From Octopus sinensis (Eukaryota), in the NCBI RefSeq assembly GCF_006345805.1, contig NC_043011.1, positions 67,344,464-67,408,463 on the forward strand: 64,000 bases of DNA, written 5' to 3'. Positions 1-12,556 of this stretch are shown here, one piece after another. The position numbers and the translations under genes are program-made. The notes under the pieces were generated by a model that worked only from the letters and a program-made list of their open reading frames with translations, ran no database searches and had not been told where the DNA came from. Each line of letters opens with the position of its first letter. Position 1 is the stretch's first letter.

Positions 1-596
1 ACTGGCTGGGAAGCAAACTTCTTACCACCCAGCTTTTGCCATGCGTATATGCGAGTACGTGTGCAGACAGATATATCTATCTATATACACGTACACACGG
101 ACCATATATTTGTCCTGTGTGTGTGCGTATATGCACAGGTGTGTGTGTATGTGTATGTGTGTGTGTGTGCACGCATTAGTAACACCTTGAGAGAGTCTGT
201 CCTCAAAGTTACTTACCTGTAGTAGAGTAGTTATATGATTAAAGGAGCTACGAATATCGACGAAAGGACATTGCCGAACGCAACTGATTTATAAATATAC
301 CGTATTTTAAAAATAAATTAGTCAAAGATTCGATTAACTCGTTGGTTCGATATCTAATCAACTGGCATTTATTGGAGAAGGGAAATTGAAACCGTCGTGT
401 TATTACGATTTGCATAATACACTCCCGAGATACACGAGTCAAACATCCCCCCCCCTAGTGCCTCGTTTTATTTACATCCTGTAGGTATTCGGTTGTCCCT
501 TTGGTCGAGCCAACAAGGTACCTAGATGTAAATAATACGATAGACAAATACAAACATAAATATAATATATATAATAGATATATATATATAAATAAT

Positions 597-673
<77 letters not shown>

Positions 674-683
674 ATATATTATG

Positions 684-807
684 ATATGTAGAAAAATACA
701 AACTGAGACAAGAACGCATAAAAACTTAGAAGACGATACAACAAACCAGACAGGACATTCGAAGCCCTCAGTCTTCAGTCAAGAACCGGATCATCGTAGT
801 AATTTCG
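684..807 (-). mobile_element. PLE-type terminal repeat fragment, same family as 12557-12760
   Basis: Reverse complement aligns to about 12650-12760 (GATCCGGTTCTTG..CTGAAGA..TTCGAATGTCC..TTTGTATTTTTCTACATAT); bounded by (TA)n on both sides. PLE assignment is inferred from context. Confidence 0.5.
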
Positions 808-901
808 ATATATATATATATATATATATAGGTGAGGTCCCGGGTTGATTCGGGGTTAACCACAGTAAATAAGGTACTCAATACATAGCAGAGTAAAATT
901 A

Positions 902-1032
902 ATTTATTATATAGAAGGAGCTTCTACAGGACTAGAACTGTTTCATTCAAGAGAAATCTTCAGGAGCTTCCTGAAGATTTCTCTTGAATGAAACAGTTCT
1001 AGTCCTGTAGAAGCTCCTTCTATATAATAAAT
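902..1032. repeat. Perfect palindrome, 64-bp arms with 3-nt loop (inverted PLE terminal repeat)
   Basis: 902-965 is the exact reverse complement of 969-1032; loop is GCT. Confidence 0.95.
963..1017 (+). ncRNA. Type I hammerhead ribozyme candidate
   Basis: Stem I GGAGCTTC/GAAGCTCC; core CTGAAGA (971-977); stem II TTC/GAA with U.U at its base; GAAAC (990-994); stem III ACAG/CTGT; GUA cleavage triplet 1007-1009. Confidence 0.7.
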
Positions 1033-1137
1033 AATATATATATATTATATGTGTGTGTTGTGTGTGTGTGTGTGTGTGGTGTGTGTGTGTGTGTGTTGTG
1101 TGTGTGCGTGCGTGGTGTGTGTGTGTATGTATAAAAG

Positions 1138-1701
1138 ATTAATCAAAGGACATACTAGGTACTTGAAATAACAGTCAAAACTCTTATTAAATCGACAATA
1201 AATACACCGATGAAAACTACAGAAATCAAACGAAGGTAAAATCAGGTTAAGACAATCTACTAACATACATTTAAGTATTTGGACTCGCGTGGATCGATTT
1301 CTGCATTGGTAAAATAAAACCTTAGCTTCTTCAGCGACTGATACCATGATTAGAGACTCCCAACCTATCGCTTCAAAGTCTCTGCTGCAACTGATTCGTT
1401 TCCCGCCGGTGTTATGATTTCGGCGGGAAACGAATCAGTTGCAGCAGAGACTTCGAAGCGATGTGTTGGGAGTCTCTAATCATGGTATCAGTCGCTGAAG
1501 AAGCTAAGGTTTTATTTTACCAATGCAGAAATCGATCCACGTGAGTCCAAATACTTAAATGTATGTTAGTAGATTGTCTTAACCTGATTTTACCTTCGTT
1601 TGATTTCTGTAGTTTTCCTCGGTGTATTTATTGCCGATTTAATAAGAGTTTTGACTGTTATTTCAAGCATGTTGACATACCTAGTATGTCCTTTGATTAA
1701 T
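1138..1701. repeat. Long inverted repeat, about 270-bp arms and 12-nt spacer
   Basis: 1138-1408 versus 1421-1701: about 6 substitutions and one 10-bp insertion in the right arm. Confidence 0.95.
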
Positions 1702-1842
1702 TTTAACCCCCCGGCTATTTAATGCTATTTTTCGGCCTGCTATCGCCTGTGTCATTGATTCTGTTATTATCATTTTTTAAATTGTTACATTGGATAATAA
1801 TAGAATTAATGACACCTCTCTAAATTAATTTTGGGTATATAC

Positions 1843-1874
<32 letters not shown>

Positions 1875-2776
1875 GGGGGAGGGAGGAGAGAAAAAGATAC
1901 ATACACAGGCAGACAGACAAGTAGATAGATAGAAAAACGTATGCACACAGACTAGAAACATTGCACACACACACACACACACACACACACAGATGAATAC
2001 ATATATACAGCCACACACGCATCGCTTATATATTTATCGAGAGAAAGAGAAAGAGAAAGACAGACAGAGACAAAGAGAGTGAGAGACAAAGAGAGTGAGA
2101 GAGTAATCCGAAAAATGCATACATACGTACGTACTTGTATCCCTCCATCCATCCATCCATACATACATACAATATACATACATATATACATACCCTGTTG
2201 TTGATGTTGAAATTCCAATGACGGAGAGTTGGATCTAGGTTAGAAACCGGTTATTTCCCTATTGGTAAGAAATCTTGAAATAAATTTATTAATGACATAC
2301 ATACGCACGTACGTACATATATATATTATATATAATTTTGTATTCTATAAGGATTATAGGTGATTATGGGATTATGAAAAAACGTTGCAGCGAATTGACT
2401 TAAAACATCCAAAGATGCGGTATTCGAGTAAGCTATTTACTGCTATTTAAGAATGAAATATATGGTATATGCAATATAATTCTTTTTTTAGAACTTCCTG
2501 CAGAATTTTGTCATGTAACTTTATCCGAAGATCATGCAATGCAACCAATTTACGAAAAGTGACCCATAGACGTAACATCATGTGACAGGAAACAGACTCA
2601 GGCTATTAAAGTTTCGTATCAATGATAGCCGGAAGTTAGATCTGTTCATCGTTGACATCATGACATCATGTTACATAGACACATAATGAATATAGAATTT
2701 ATGTATTCCAATGAATAGGTTTCTTCATATATGTATATGTGCATGTACACACACACACACACGCACACATACATAC

Positions 2777-2819
<43 letters not shown>

Positions 2820-3399
2820 ATAATACATGGATATATACATATATATGCGTGTATATATATGTGTGTATCTATACATACACATACACACATATATTATATA
2901 TATGTATCTATATATATATATATTATTATTAATACAAATACATATATATATATATGCGCACAAATACACTCACATACATATATATGTGTATATGTATGTG
3001 TGAGGTGTGTCTAAGTGCACATGCCTCTGCGAGCGTTTGCGTGCGCGTGTGTGTGTGTGAAGAGAGAATTGCAGATCTTTAGCAAACAAATAGATGCTTT
3101 CACATTTTCGTGTGTTAAGTAAACACAAGCCATAAATCTATCTTGTTTTATTTCTCTCGTTAGCAACTTTTATTGAGAGGTATTTAGGAATGGGCCATTA
3201 ATTTCATCAGTGTACTTAACACTGTTATCACCCACTAAGTACATCTACTTTATTTAACTGTTCGGTTCGCGGAAGTATGCAATACAAGTTGACCTCAACT
3301 GTAATTGAACTCTGAACGTAAGGAACTGTATTAAAAATCCAACAATAGACGTTTTGGTTGTGAACTGATTCCGCCACAATGCTCCCCCTTTTTAGAAAT

Positions 3400-4210
3400 A
3401 TCTCTTTCTAGGTCTTCGAGCTAGCTGAAAGAATAGTTGCCGGGGAACCACGGAGTGGCATTTCATTAATCTTTACGTTCTGCGTTCAAATTCCGCTGAG
3501 GTCGACTTTACCTTCCATCTCTTCAGGGTTTATGAAATAAGTAGTAGTTGAACAATGAAGGGACGCAATGTAATCGTCTTGCGCCCTTCCGCTATAATCG
3601 CTGGCCTTCTGCCAAAATCTGTAACTAATATCAGTTTCTAAGACTGCGAGGAGGCAGAACCATTGTTAGCGGCATTTCGCTCCGCTTTACGTTTTCAGTT
3701 CAAATTCTAACAAAGTCGACATTACGACTCATCCTTTTGGAGTCGATGAAATATGTAACAGTTGAGCACTGAAGGGGATATAATCGTCTTTTACTCTGCC
3801 CTGTTAAAATGCTGGCCTTGTACCATAATTTATAAACAATATTTTTTCTTTCTATTTTAAGAAGATGGCTAGTAAATTTTGAGAGGATGGGGCTTTGTTG
3901 ATACTTATTGACTCCAGCATGCGACGCGAGTTTTATTTTCGCGACCCACAAAAGGATGGAAAGCAAATTACCGCCCTTGGCTGGATGGGAACTCAGTTCT
4001 TCATTAATACTAGATATAAAGGGGGATAGTGAGAGTAGGGAGACTGGTGACTTTTCTATTATGAATATATTAGCACAATAGAACGGCAAACAATATGTTT
4101 TTATGTATTTATTCACGGTCCTTTTTGCTCTGAGTTCAAATACTGCCAAAGTCGATGTTACCTTTCATCATCTTGGGTCGACAAACTGGTGTTAAACGGG
4201 AGGATATAAT
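3400..4210 (+). mobile_element. Cluster of degenerate SINE family C fragments
   Basis: Repeated TTCTGAGTTCAAATTCCGC..GTCGACTTT..CCTTTCATC-like segments at about 3470, 3690 and 4130, resembling 42277-42660. Confidence 0.6.
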
Positions 4211-5726
4211 CAATTCTTCCCTTTTCCTAAATAATGACCTTTATTTCTATGTTGGAAATTATCATGATTATTTCGTGTATAGTTTTATTTAACACATTCT
4301 AATATAACTGGACGCGATAAGGCTTTTCGCTTCAAGAATAGTTACGGCAGAAAATTATCTGGCTTGGCTTGCTTAAATCCACATTTTATTTTGGGTTGTG
4401 AGTGACATCATGATATCTTAGGATGCGTGCGTTTCTGTGTCATTATGATTCGTCCGCTACGAGAAACAGTTTAAATCAATAAATTGGACTTGATTCTCAC
4501 TTAAGACTAGCTTGACCAATCAGACCGACAATCAGCGAACATTCTGTTTGTAATAATTGCTGTGACACGTATACGGCGCATTTTCGTTGTTACTGTTTAA
4601 TCTCATTTGAACCATAATTATTTCTTCTATGATTCCGTTTACATCAGTTAATGCATCTAACTGTACTTCACATAGAAAGATGTAACTATAAAACAATTCT
4701 TCACACACTCTCCTCAAACCATTTTCGATGTTGAGTTCATTTGTAATTCTCACTTTACTCTCCTGGATGTCTGTTAAGTGATTCATAGCTGCAACCGGAA
4801 GTTGTTTGGACAGGCTTTATGCCTCTACTTTAATGCCGCCTTTCTGTTACATTGTCCTGTCAGAGTAATTGTTGATGTGCTGATTAATAAACTCTTATCT
4901 AATTTTATAACTCTGACAAAATAAAAAGGACCGGGATGATCAGTTAGAAGAAGAATTTGTTTAGAGAGCATCGTAGCAATAATCAAGCAGTAAATGTTAT
5001 GATAAAAGTTTCATGTGAATTACAACTAAATATTCTTAGACAAAACCATAAAATGGAGAGAGTTCTAGAAGGTCAAAGGATTACCAGAGAAATTGCAGTG
5101 AACTATTAAGCTCATTAAAGATTTATAGCAATCCTAGAAGAAGGTTAGAAAAGATCTCTAGACTCGTTACATGAAGTGGAGAAAGAGTGACTGGAATTTG
5201 ATATATTTCTGCTACTCACATAGCTAGGTAATTATTTCAGAAAACCAAGAAAGATGCACAGCAAACAAAAGTGTGAAGAAACCAGAAGATTCTTCCCTTA
5301 AAAAAAAATGTAAACAATCGAAGCGAATTCCATAACAATAAACAACATAAGAAAAATTAGAAATGCGCAAAAAGTGGAAACCACAGCTCGAAGTAAGATT
5401 CAAGGAAAACATTAACATCTATGTCGGCAAAAATACCAACATGAAAGAAAGACTGTAATAAGGGTCGATAGAAAGGATTCCGATTTCATCTTATTCGTGA
5501 TCGATCTGTGATTGATCCAGAATATCCTGAATATATTGACACTGCAAAATCTTGGACACTGAATAATCCTATTCCAGCTTATATGTATACCTATATTCAC
5601 ATGAACGCGTGTGTATGTGTTCATATCTATGATTTAATTTATGCTTATGTGTACCCATTTATGACTGTATGCATATATGTGTTTCCATGTTTGTTATATA
5701 AGGATTATGAATATATGCACTGAGTG

Positions 5727-5766
<40 letters not shown>

Positions 5767-5928
5767 CATACATATGTGTTTGTATGTGTAAGTATTAATC
5801 TAATATGTATGTCCATGTAAATGTATGCTTATGTATGTATGCTTATGTATTCTTGTTCATGTCCATTCATGTATATTCATGTGTTTGTATGTCTATATAA
5901 GTGCGTGTATGTGTGCTTGTACGCATAC

Positions 5929-6003
<75 letters not shown>

Positions 6004-6582
6004 AATATGTACGTATGGATGGATGTACGCAAATATGAGTGTATACGAATGTATATGTGTATTTGCGTATGTGCATACGCAGAAATGTGTTATTTATTGC
6101 ATTAGATTGCTCTCTATCAGCACTTAACTTAATTACATTCTGCATGTAGAATTTCTTTGTATATGACGAAAAAAATAAGGACTTTACACAAACTTTATTT
6201 CTTCTTCTAAGCCTATACAGAATGATGGAATCTCAAAGTGCTAAGGTCCTTTACAGATTAATGCAATAATTCCTCATGCACAGAATTCCTACAAAACAAT
6301 ATACACGCACGAACAAATGCAGACATACATAAATATGCGTGCGCGTACACAAACACGCTTGCGCGCGAGCACAAACGTGAATGTAAAAATAGCTTTTAAA
6401 AAATAAACATAACATAAATGGGTTGAACATTGTTTGACAGAAGCCGTATTATATTACTTTAACGCTTGGATCGAAATAGTAGAAGTGAGAGCCACAACGT
6501 TTCAGATTTCGGTCATTCATCAAAGAAAAAAGCAGGAGTGAGTACCACATATAGTCAATATGCGTGTGTATATGCTGAGCTG

Positions 6583-6914
6583 AGACCCCCCCCACTCCGG
6601 TCATGACTGACCATGGAATTGCATCTAGAAAGTTACCCTCCCTGGGACAACTCCGGCCAAGGTTGTTTATGGAAGACCAGCAGTCACCCATGCATACCGG
6701 CCTCCCCCCTTCACGCCACAAGTGTTATCCAAGGGAAAGGTAACAGCAGCTGCAGTTTGGCATCTGTAACGTCGGAACTCATTTCTACAACTGAGTGAAC
6801 TGGAGTAACGGGAAATAAAGTGTCTTGCTCAAGAACACAACAAGCAGCCCGGTCCGGGATTCGAAATCACAACTTCACGATCGCAAGTACCCGACACTCT
6901 AACCACTGAGCCAT
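6583..6914 (-). mobile_element. tRNA-derived SINE family B
   Basis: Reverse complement aligns along its length to 22968-23304, with A box TGGCTCAGTGG and a B-box-like TTTCGAATCC. Confidence 0.85.
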
Positions 6915-6938
6915 ATATGTGTATATATATATACATAT

Positions 6939-7360
6939 ATGAGCAGAATTTGGGCTAGTTGAAATATCTTTGTGACACATTTCAACTGCAAAGCAGCAAA
7001 TACACTGCAGTTAACATGGAGAATAAATCTCTCTTATGGCAAAAAAAGGTGAGTAAACAGTGCTTCGCGCTAACGCTTCGTTTTTATTTCGATCAGGCGA
7101 TCCACTAGCGCAAATCAGTCAATATATTGACTGGATTATACATAAACCTATAGCTTTATAAGGTCGTTCACAGGTGTTTCTCATTGGTATATCTCATTGG
7201 TATGTCTGAGATTGCTAATAGATGGCGACACTGAACTAACGGGTGTTTTCACAACTTTCTACCATAAGAGAGATTTATTCTTGGCGGTAACTGCTTTTTA
7301 GCAGTTGAAATGTGTCATAAACTTATAAACATATATCAACCAGCCTAAAATCTCCTCTTA
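6939..7360. mobile_element. MITE-like element with about 110-bp imperfect terminal inverted repeats
   Basis: TGACACATTTCAACTGC and GAATAAATCTCTCTTATGG (about 6973-7040) recur inverted at about 7260-7318; no ORF. Confidence 0.65.
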
Positions 7361-7384
7361 CCTGCTTCACGCTAACGCTTCGTT

Positions 7385-7446
<62 letters not shown>

Positions 7447-7447
7447 C

Positions 7448-7490
<43 letters not shown>

Positions 7491-8087
7491 TAAAACAGTT
7501 TGCTTCGCTTCCATGCGAGTCAAGGTTTTGCGGGCTTCTGAAAGAGTCATGTCAGTCAGGCTTAGATTAGCGAATAGAGAAGCACGCGGAATGAAAGATG
7601 GCTACTGGAAGTCCTTAGCGCCGACCAGAAAATGGTCTGCTACTGTTCAAGGCGGGCCAGCTTGTGTTGTGAAATGTAAGATCGGTCATCCGGCGTCACT
7701 AGTTTAGCAAGAAAAGGGAATTTCCTGGGCCGCTAATCTGAATCGCTGATTTTACTTCTGAGAATACCAAGCGACGTGCCTTCACAAATAACAGCCCATT
7801 CTCCAGGGACCATTTTGGCCTTCCAGTAGTTATTTCGATTTCTTGTGTTTCGCCATTTAGGAATCTAAACTTGAGTGGGAAGGGTTTCTTTTAGAAGCCC
7901 TCGCATGGATCCGAATCAGATTGTTTAAAATAATAATACATGTAACTCCTACTAAATGTTGTGAGTACCTTTTTATTACGGTTTCCAACCACTCGTGTGT
8001 TTGTCTGTGTTTATGTGAGTGTGTGTATATTTATATATATATATATATATATATATAGTGAAGGCGCTGGGATTATAGATATATATA

Positions 8088-9595
8088 ATTCTAATGAGAC
8101 GGCGTACAAAAGTTTCAAATCGCCTAAACAAATAAATTGAAAGCAGTGAAAAGTCCCGCCTGAAAATAAAACTGTTGAAAATTGAAAAATGTCTGCAACT
8201 CTCCCATGAAAAAGAAAGAGCAGACAAAGAAGCCTGAGCTATAGACAACATAAAATCTAAACCCAGAGCTTTCTACAGGTATGCCAAAGAAACAGATACG
8301 GTGCACTGTAGGATAGGGCCACTCCTTGAAAAGGATGGCACACTCACAGGAAATCCAATGAGGATAAATGAAATATTAAATTAGCAATTCAAGAGTATTT
8401 TCACGCCACCCCTCGGGCATTTTCAAGTCAGCAATCCAACCGACTTCTTTACCACAGCAGATATAAAATCGGAGGCAGCAATGATTGATTACATCAATAT
8501 AAAGGAAGACGATGTAATAAAGGCTATTGATAAAATGAAAACAAACTCAGCTACTGGCCCAGATGGATTCCCAGCAATCCTTCTAAAAGTATGTAAGAGA
8601 GTCCTAGCAAGACCCCTGAAGTTCCTCTTTCAGAGCTTCCTTGCAACTGGCAAACTTCCAAGAAAACTGAAGGAAGGTAAAATATGCCCTATTCATAAAG
8701 GAGATAGCAGAGCGGAGGCCAAGAACTACAGACCTATCTCTCTGACCACACACATCAGCAAGGTCATGGAACGAATAGTCAGAAGGAAACTAATCACCTT
8801 CCTTGAAGAAAATGGCTTGCTGCCTGACACCCAATATGGTTTCCGACCAGGGAGAAGCTGCCTAACTCAGCTCCTACAACACTATGACTGGGTGCTGAAA
8901 CGACTGCTCAACCACTCAAATGTGGAAGTGATATATCTTGACTTTGCAAAGGCCTTTGATAAAGTCGATCATGGAATGCTACGTCACAAACCGCGTGATC
9001 TTGGCATACCTGGAGAATTGGGAGAGTGGCTCCATGACTTTCTGAAAGATAGAAGTCAGGTGGTAGTAGCCAGTGGGGCCACCTCCACTAACACGCAAAT
9101 AGTGGGCGGTGTTCCGCAGGGCACTGTTTTGGGACCACTACTGTTCATAATGTCCCTCTCAGACATGCCCTCAGCCACGCAGAGAGCCACGATCACAAGT
9201 TATGCAGATGATACAAAAGTTTCACAGGCAATACAGAACCCTGAAGACACTAAGCACCAGCAATGTGAGCTGGACAAAATATACAGGTGGGCTGAAAAGA
9301 ATAGCATGCAGTTCAATGCTGAAAAGTTTCAAGCTTTATGCTATCAGCACGCAAAACTAAATGCAATATCCAATAAATACACTGGACCTGGAGGGATTGC
9401 AATCCCAGAGGCACAATCAGTGCGAGACCTGGGTATTCACATGAGTGATGATGCAACCTTTCATGTGCATGTTGCTAAATTGGCAATGAAATGTAGGCGG
9501 CTGACCGGATGGATTCTTAGAACCTTCAGAACAAGAGACCAGTATACCATGATGGTCCTCTGGAGGACACTTGTCCTAAGCCACTTTGACTATTG
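8088..9595 (+). pseudogene. 5'- and 3'-truncated CR1-clade LINE ORF2 fragment
   Basis: The RT frame extends upstream to about 8088 through three in-frame stops (TAA, TGA, TAG). No APE domain. It is cut after SHFDY at 9595. Confidence 0.85.
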
Positions 9596-9596
9596 A
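8481..9596 (+). CDS. Non-LTR reverse transcriptase domain (CR1/L2/Jockey group), remnant of a broken element
   Basis: Motifs GPDG, NYRPISLT, QYGFRPGRSC, YLDFAKAFDKVDH, GVPQGTVLGPLLF, YADD. Confidence 0.9.
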   Translation: MIDYINIKEDDVIKAIDKMKTNSATGPDGFPAILLKVCKRVLARPLKFLFQSFLATGKLPRKLKEGKICPIHKGDSRAEAKNYRPISLTTHISKVMERIVRRKLITFLEENGLLPDTQYGFRPGRSCLTQLLQHYDWVLKRLLNHSNVEVIYLDFAKAFDKVDHGMLRHKPRDLGIPGELGEWLHDFLKDRSQVVVASGATSTNTQIVGGVPQGTVLGPLLFIMSLSDMPSATQRATITSYADDTKVSQAIQNPEDTKHQQCELDKIYRWAEKNSMQFNAEKFQALCYQHAKLNAISNKYTGPGGIAIPEAQSVRDLGIHMSDDATFHVHVAKLAMKCRRLTGWILRTFRTRDQYTMMVLWRTLVLSHFDY

Positions 9597-9781
9597 TGAG
9601 TGTATTTTTATCATTTTTTGCTAAAATGTCTTATTGACGAGTTTCGCTTTTTTCACTTTCTTGAGGAGAAGACTGAATTTTTTATACCATTTATTCTTTT
9701 GAACAGTAACAGTGGAATTTTAGAAACATGTGTCGAAAGTAAAAATATTTGATTGCACCTGCGTTAAACTCCATTTATTTA

Positions 9782-9787
<6 letters not shown>
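9596..9787 (+). mobile_element. PLE terminal repeat fragment with decayed hammerhead
   Basis: CTTTC-TTGAGGA-GAAGA...GAAAC-ATGT-GTC-GAAAG (9656-9739) is homologous to the HHR at 14155-14253; followed by (TA)n. Confidence 0.75.
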
Positions 9788-9825
<38 letters not shown>

Positions 9826-9828
<3 letters not shown>

Positions 9829-10050
9829 GAGGCGCTGGGATTAGTTGTCAGGGTTTGGAGCTCGTGACCGTAATTGTAGTTTCGAAACCTTGATAATACG
9901 GTGCGTTGTGTTCTTCAAGAAAGCACTTCATTTCTCCTTGTGTCGGTTCACTCAACTGACAAAGATGAGTATCCTACGACTGTCGGGTTCCTATCCTTGA
10001 GATTGTGTATATGCCAGAGAATCCGCCAAAACGACCCTATGAATCCATAT
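9826..10050 (+). mobile_element. Degenerate SINE family B
   Basis: GTGCGTTGTGTTCTTCAAGAAAGCACTTCATTTC..GGTTCACTCAACTG matches the family B body. Confidence 0.6.
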
Positions 10051-10124
10051 GACATGAGTAGGAGCTACATTATTCATTCATGCATACATATATACATGCA
10101 TCCATATGTATATATACGTACCTA

Positions 10125-10178
<54 letters not shown>

Positions 10179-11260
10179 TATATATATATATAGATATATA
10201 TATATAGATAGATAGATAGATATTATATATTATATATATGCATATGTATATATGTATATATATATTTGTATATATACATATGTATATATGTAAATATATC
10301 TCTATATATACATATATACATATATACATATGTATATATGTAAATATATCTCTATATATACATATGAATATATATGTATATATGTATATATATATATATA
10401 TATTATATATATATATATATACATACATACATACACACATTCATACAGGCATATATATATATAATTAAAATTCAGTTGAATTAGGTACTTAAATTGAGGT
10501 ACCAAGCCGGTTCGGTATAGTCCGCACAGCTCCAATTTAGGTGAACAGGATGTAGATGAGCAACAATGATGTCCAGTATCAATATATTACGGCCGTTTCG
10601 AGCGGCTCCATTTAATCGATCAATGAAAACATTACATCAATTTGAAAGAAACCTCAGACGTAGATGACCATATAGATTTCCAACATGAAGGATAAACTAT
10701 TTTTTAAAAATTCATATCAACATCAGAAACCAAAATAATTGCACTGTTTCTTTATTTGTGGCAGAATAACTTTAGAGAGTAGCAAAGGAAAATAGCGGTG
10801 GGGGGGGGATCAATATATGGAGTTGTGCGGCAGTCATTTGTATTCTACAACCATCAAGAAATTAATTCCATTGTGAGTTGTCAACTGTGTTCCTAGTCGA
10901 TGTCAGCTAGGAACACAGTCTGTGTGTTTGTCTGTGTTTGTGTGTGTGTATGTATGTATTAATATATATGAATACATTGTGCGTGATATCACATACGCAT
11001 GCATAATGGTATACACACACACATACACAGACATACACCTCAAAATTCGCACATACATATATATATGACGAAGAGCACATGAATTATCCACATGACGTTA
11101 TTATGAGCTCTAGAACATTCCATAGGGAATATATTTACTTATTTGTCAAAAGCTTTGTATACACGCAGGCCTTCAGTCTATAGATACCAACGCACGAAAC
11201 TCTCGGATCTTGAGTCAATCTGTTGCTTCTGCTAAATATTAATAAAAATGTATACGTATA

Positions 11261-11349
<89 letters not shown>

Positions 11350-11351
<2 letters not shown>

Positions 11352-11520
11352 TGTTCAACTTTACAGAAAACAGATGATGACAGGTCAGGAAACAACAAGT
11401 CTGTTAGTTTGACCCTCGGGAAGAATAGAAAATCTTTGATGTTTCGAGCCCACGCTCTTCGACAGAAAGAGATGAAAGGGAAAAATGCAAAGAGAAAAAA
11501 ATGTGATAAAGATTGAAAAA
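11350..11520 (-). mobile_element. PLE terminal repeat fragment with decayed minimal HHR
   Basis: Minus strand 11469-11434: CTTT-CTGTCGA-A-GAGC-GTGG-GCTC-GAAAC-ATC-AAAG; core A6 is changed. Confidence 0.55.
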
Positions 11521-11580
11521 CACACACAGACACAGACACACACACACACACACATATATATGTATATATATATATATATC

Positions 11581-11745
11581 GTGGGTATCTGATAAAAAAC
11601 ATAGTTCCGGGTTCAGTCACGCTGCGTGGCAACTTGAGCAAGTGTATTCGTCTATAGCCTCGGGCCAACGAAGGCTTTGTGAGTGGATTTGGTAGACGGA
11701 AACTGAAAGAGGCCCGTCGTATATATATGTATATTTATATGCGTG

Positions 11746-11806
<61 letters not shown>

Positions 11807-12020
11807 TATACATATATATACATGTATATGTTTGTGTGTTTGTGTTTGTCCCACTACCATCGCTTGACAAACGATGTTGTTGTGTTTACATCCCTGCAAC
11901 TTAGCAGTTCCGCCAAATCACTGATAAAATAAGTACCAGGCATATAAAGAATAAGAACTTGGGTAATTTGAACGACTGAAGGCGGTAATCCAGCATTTCC
12001 GCAGTCAAATAACTGAAAAG
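11581..12020 (+). mobile_element. SINE family A with internal (TA)n
   Basis: Aligns to 26158-26568 (GGGTTCAGTC..CTATAGCCTCGGGCC..GAAACTGAAAG..ATCGCTTGACAA). Confidence 0.8.
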
Positions 12021-12075
12021 AATAACAGAATATACATTAATATCTTTATATATGTATATATATACATATATATAC

Positions 12076-12108
<33 letters not shown>

Positions 12109-12134
12109 CATATATATATATACATATATACATA

Positions 12135-12530
12135 CGACTGGCTTGTTTGAGTTTCCGTCTACCAAATCCAATCACAAGGCTGCCGTCCAAGAATTTCGAC
12201 CTGGAAATTTCCATTTCCAGCGACTTCGAGGGCCACCTCCCAGTAGTGTCGGGCGTCAACGAAGAGCCCTCGACTACAACATCACGACCAAATTTTTTTT
12301 TTCCCCCAAGGTCTGGGGTCTCCCGTCCCAAAGTCCTAGACCATCACCTAATCACCCCTATCCGTTTTGTTGCTTATCAACAACAACAATTCACAAGACT
12401 TTGGCGGCTCGAGGCTATAGTAGAAGTGACTTGTCCAAGGCTCCACGCATTGGGACTGAACGCAGAACCATGTACCTCATAAACGAGCTACTTACCACAC
12501 AACCATCCCGGGCGCCTATCCACACAGCCA
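12135..12530 (-). mobile_element. SINE family A (5' half) interrupted by a 209-bp insertion
   Basis: Family A sequence is split between 12181 and 12391 by unrelated sequence flanked by TCACAAG(G/A)CT repeats. Confidence 0.8.
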
Positions 12531-12556
12531 CTCCTACGCATATAAATATATATATA

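Noticed and set aside
211-442. Minus-strand TCAGTT Inr-like motif (about 289-284) and CAG|GTAAGT donor at 217/216, a possible first exon
   Set aside because: Short motifs expected by chance; no downstream exon or supporting context in the window.
5230-5580. YVGKNTNMKERL, a GIY-YIG-like string
   Set aside because: Too short and surrounded by stops; may be a very old PLE remnant but cannot be supported.
10575-10650. Minus-strand GAAAC-GGCC-GTA half-hammerhead
   Set aside because: The CUGANGA core is unrecognisable; counted only as a decayed remnant.
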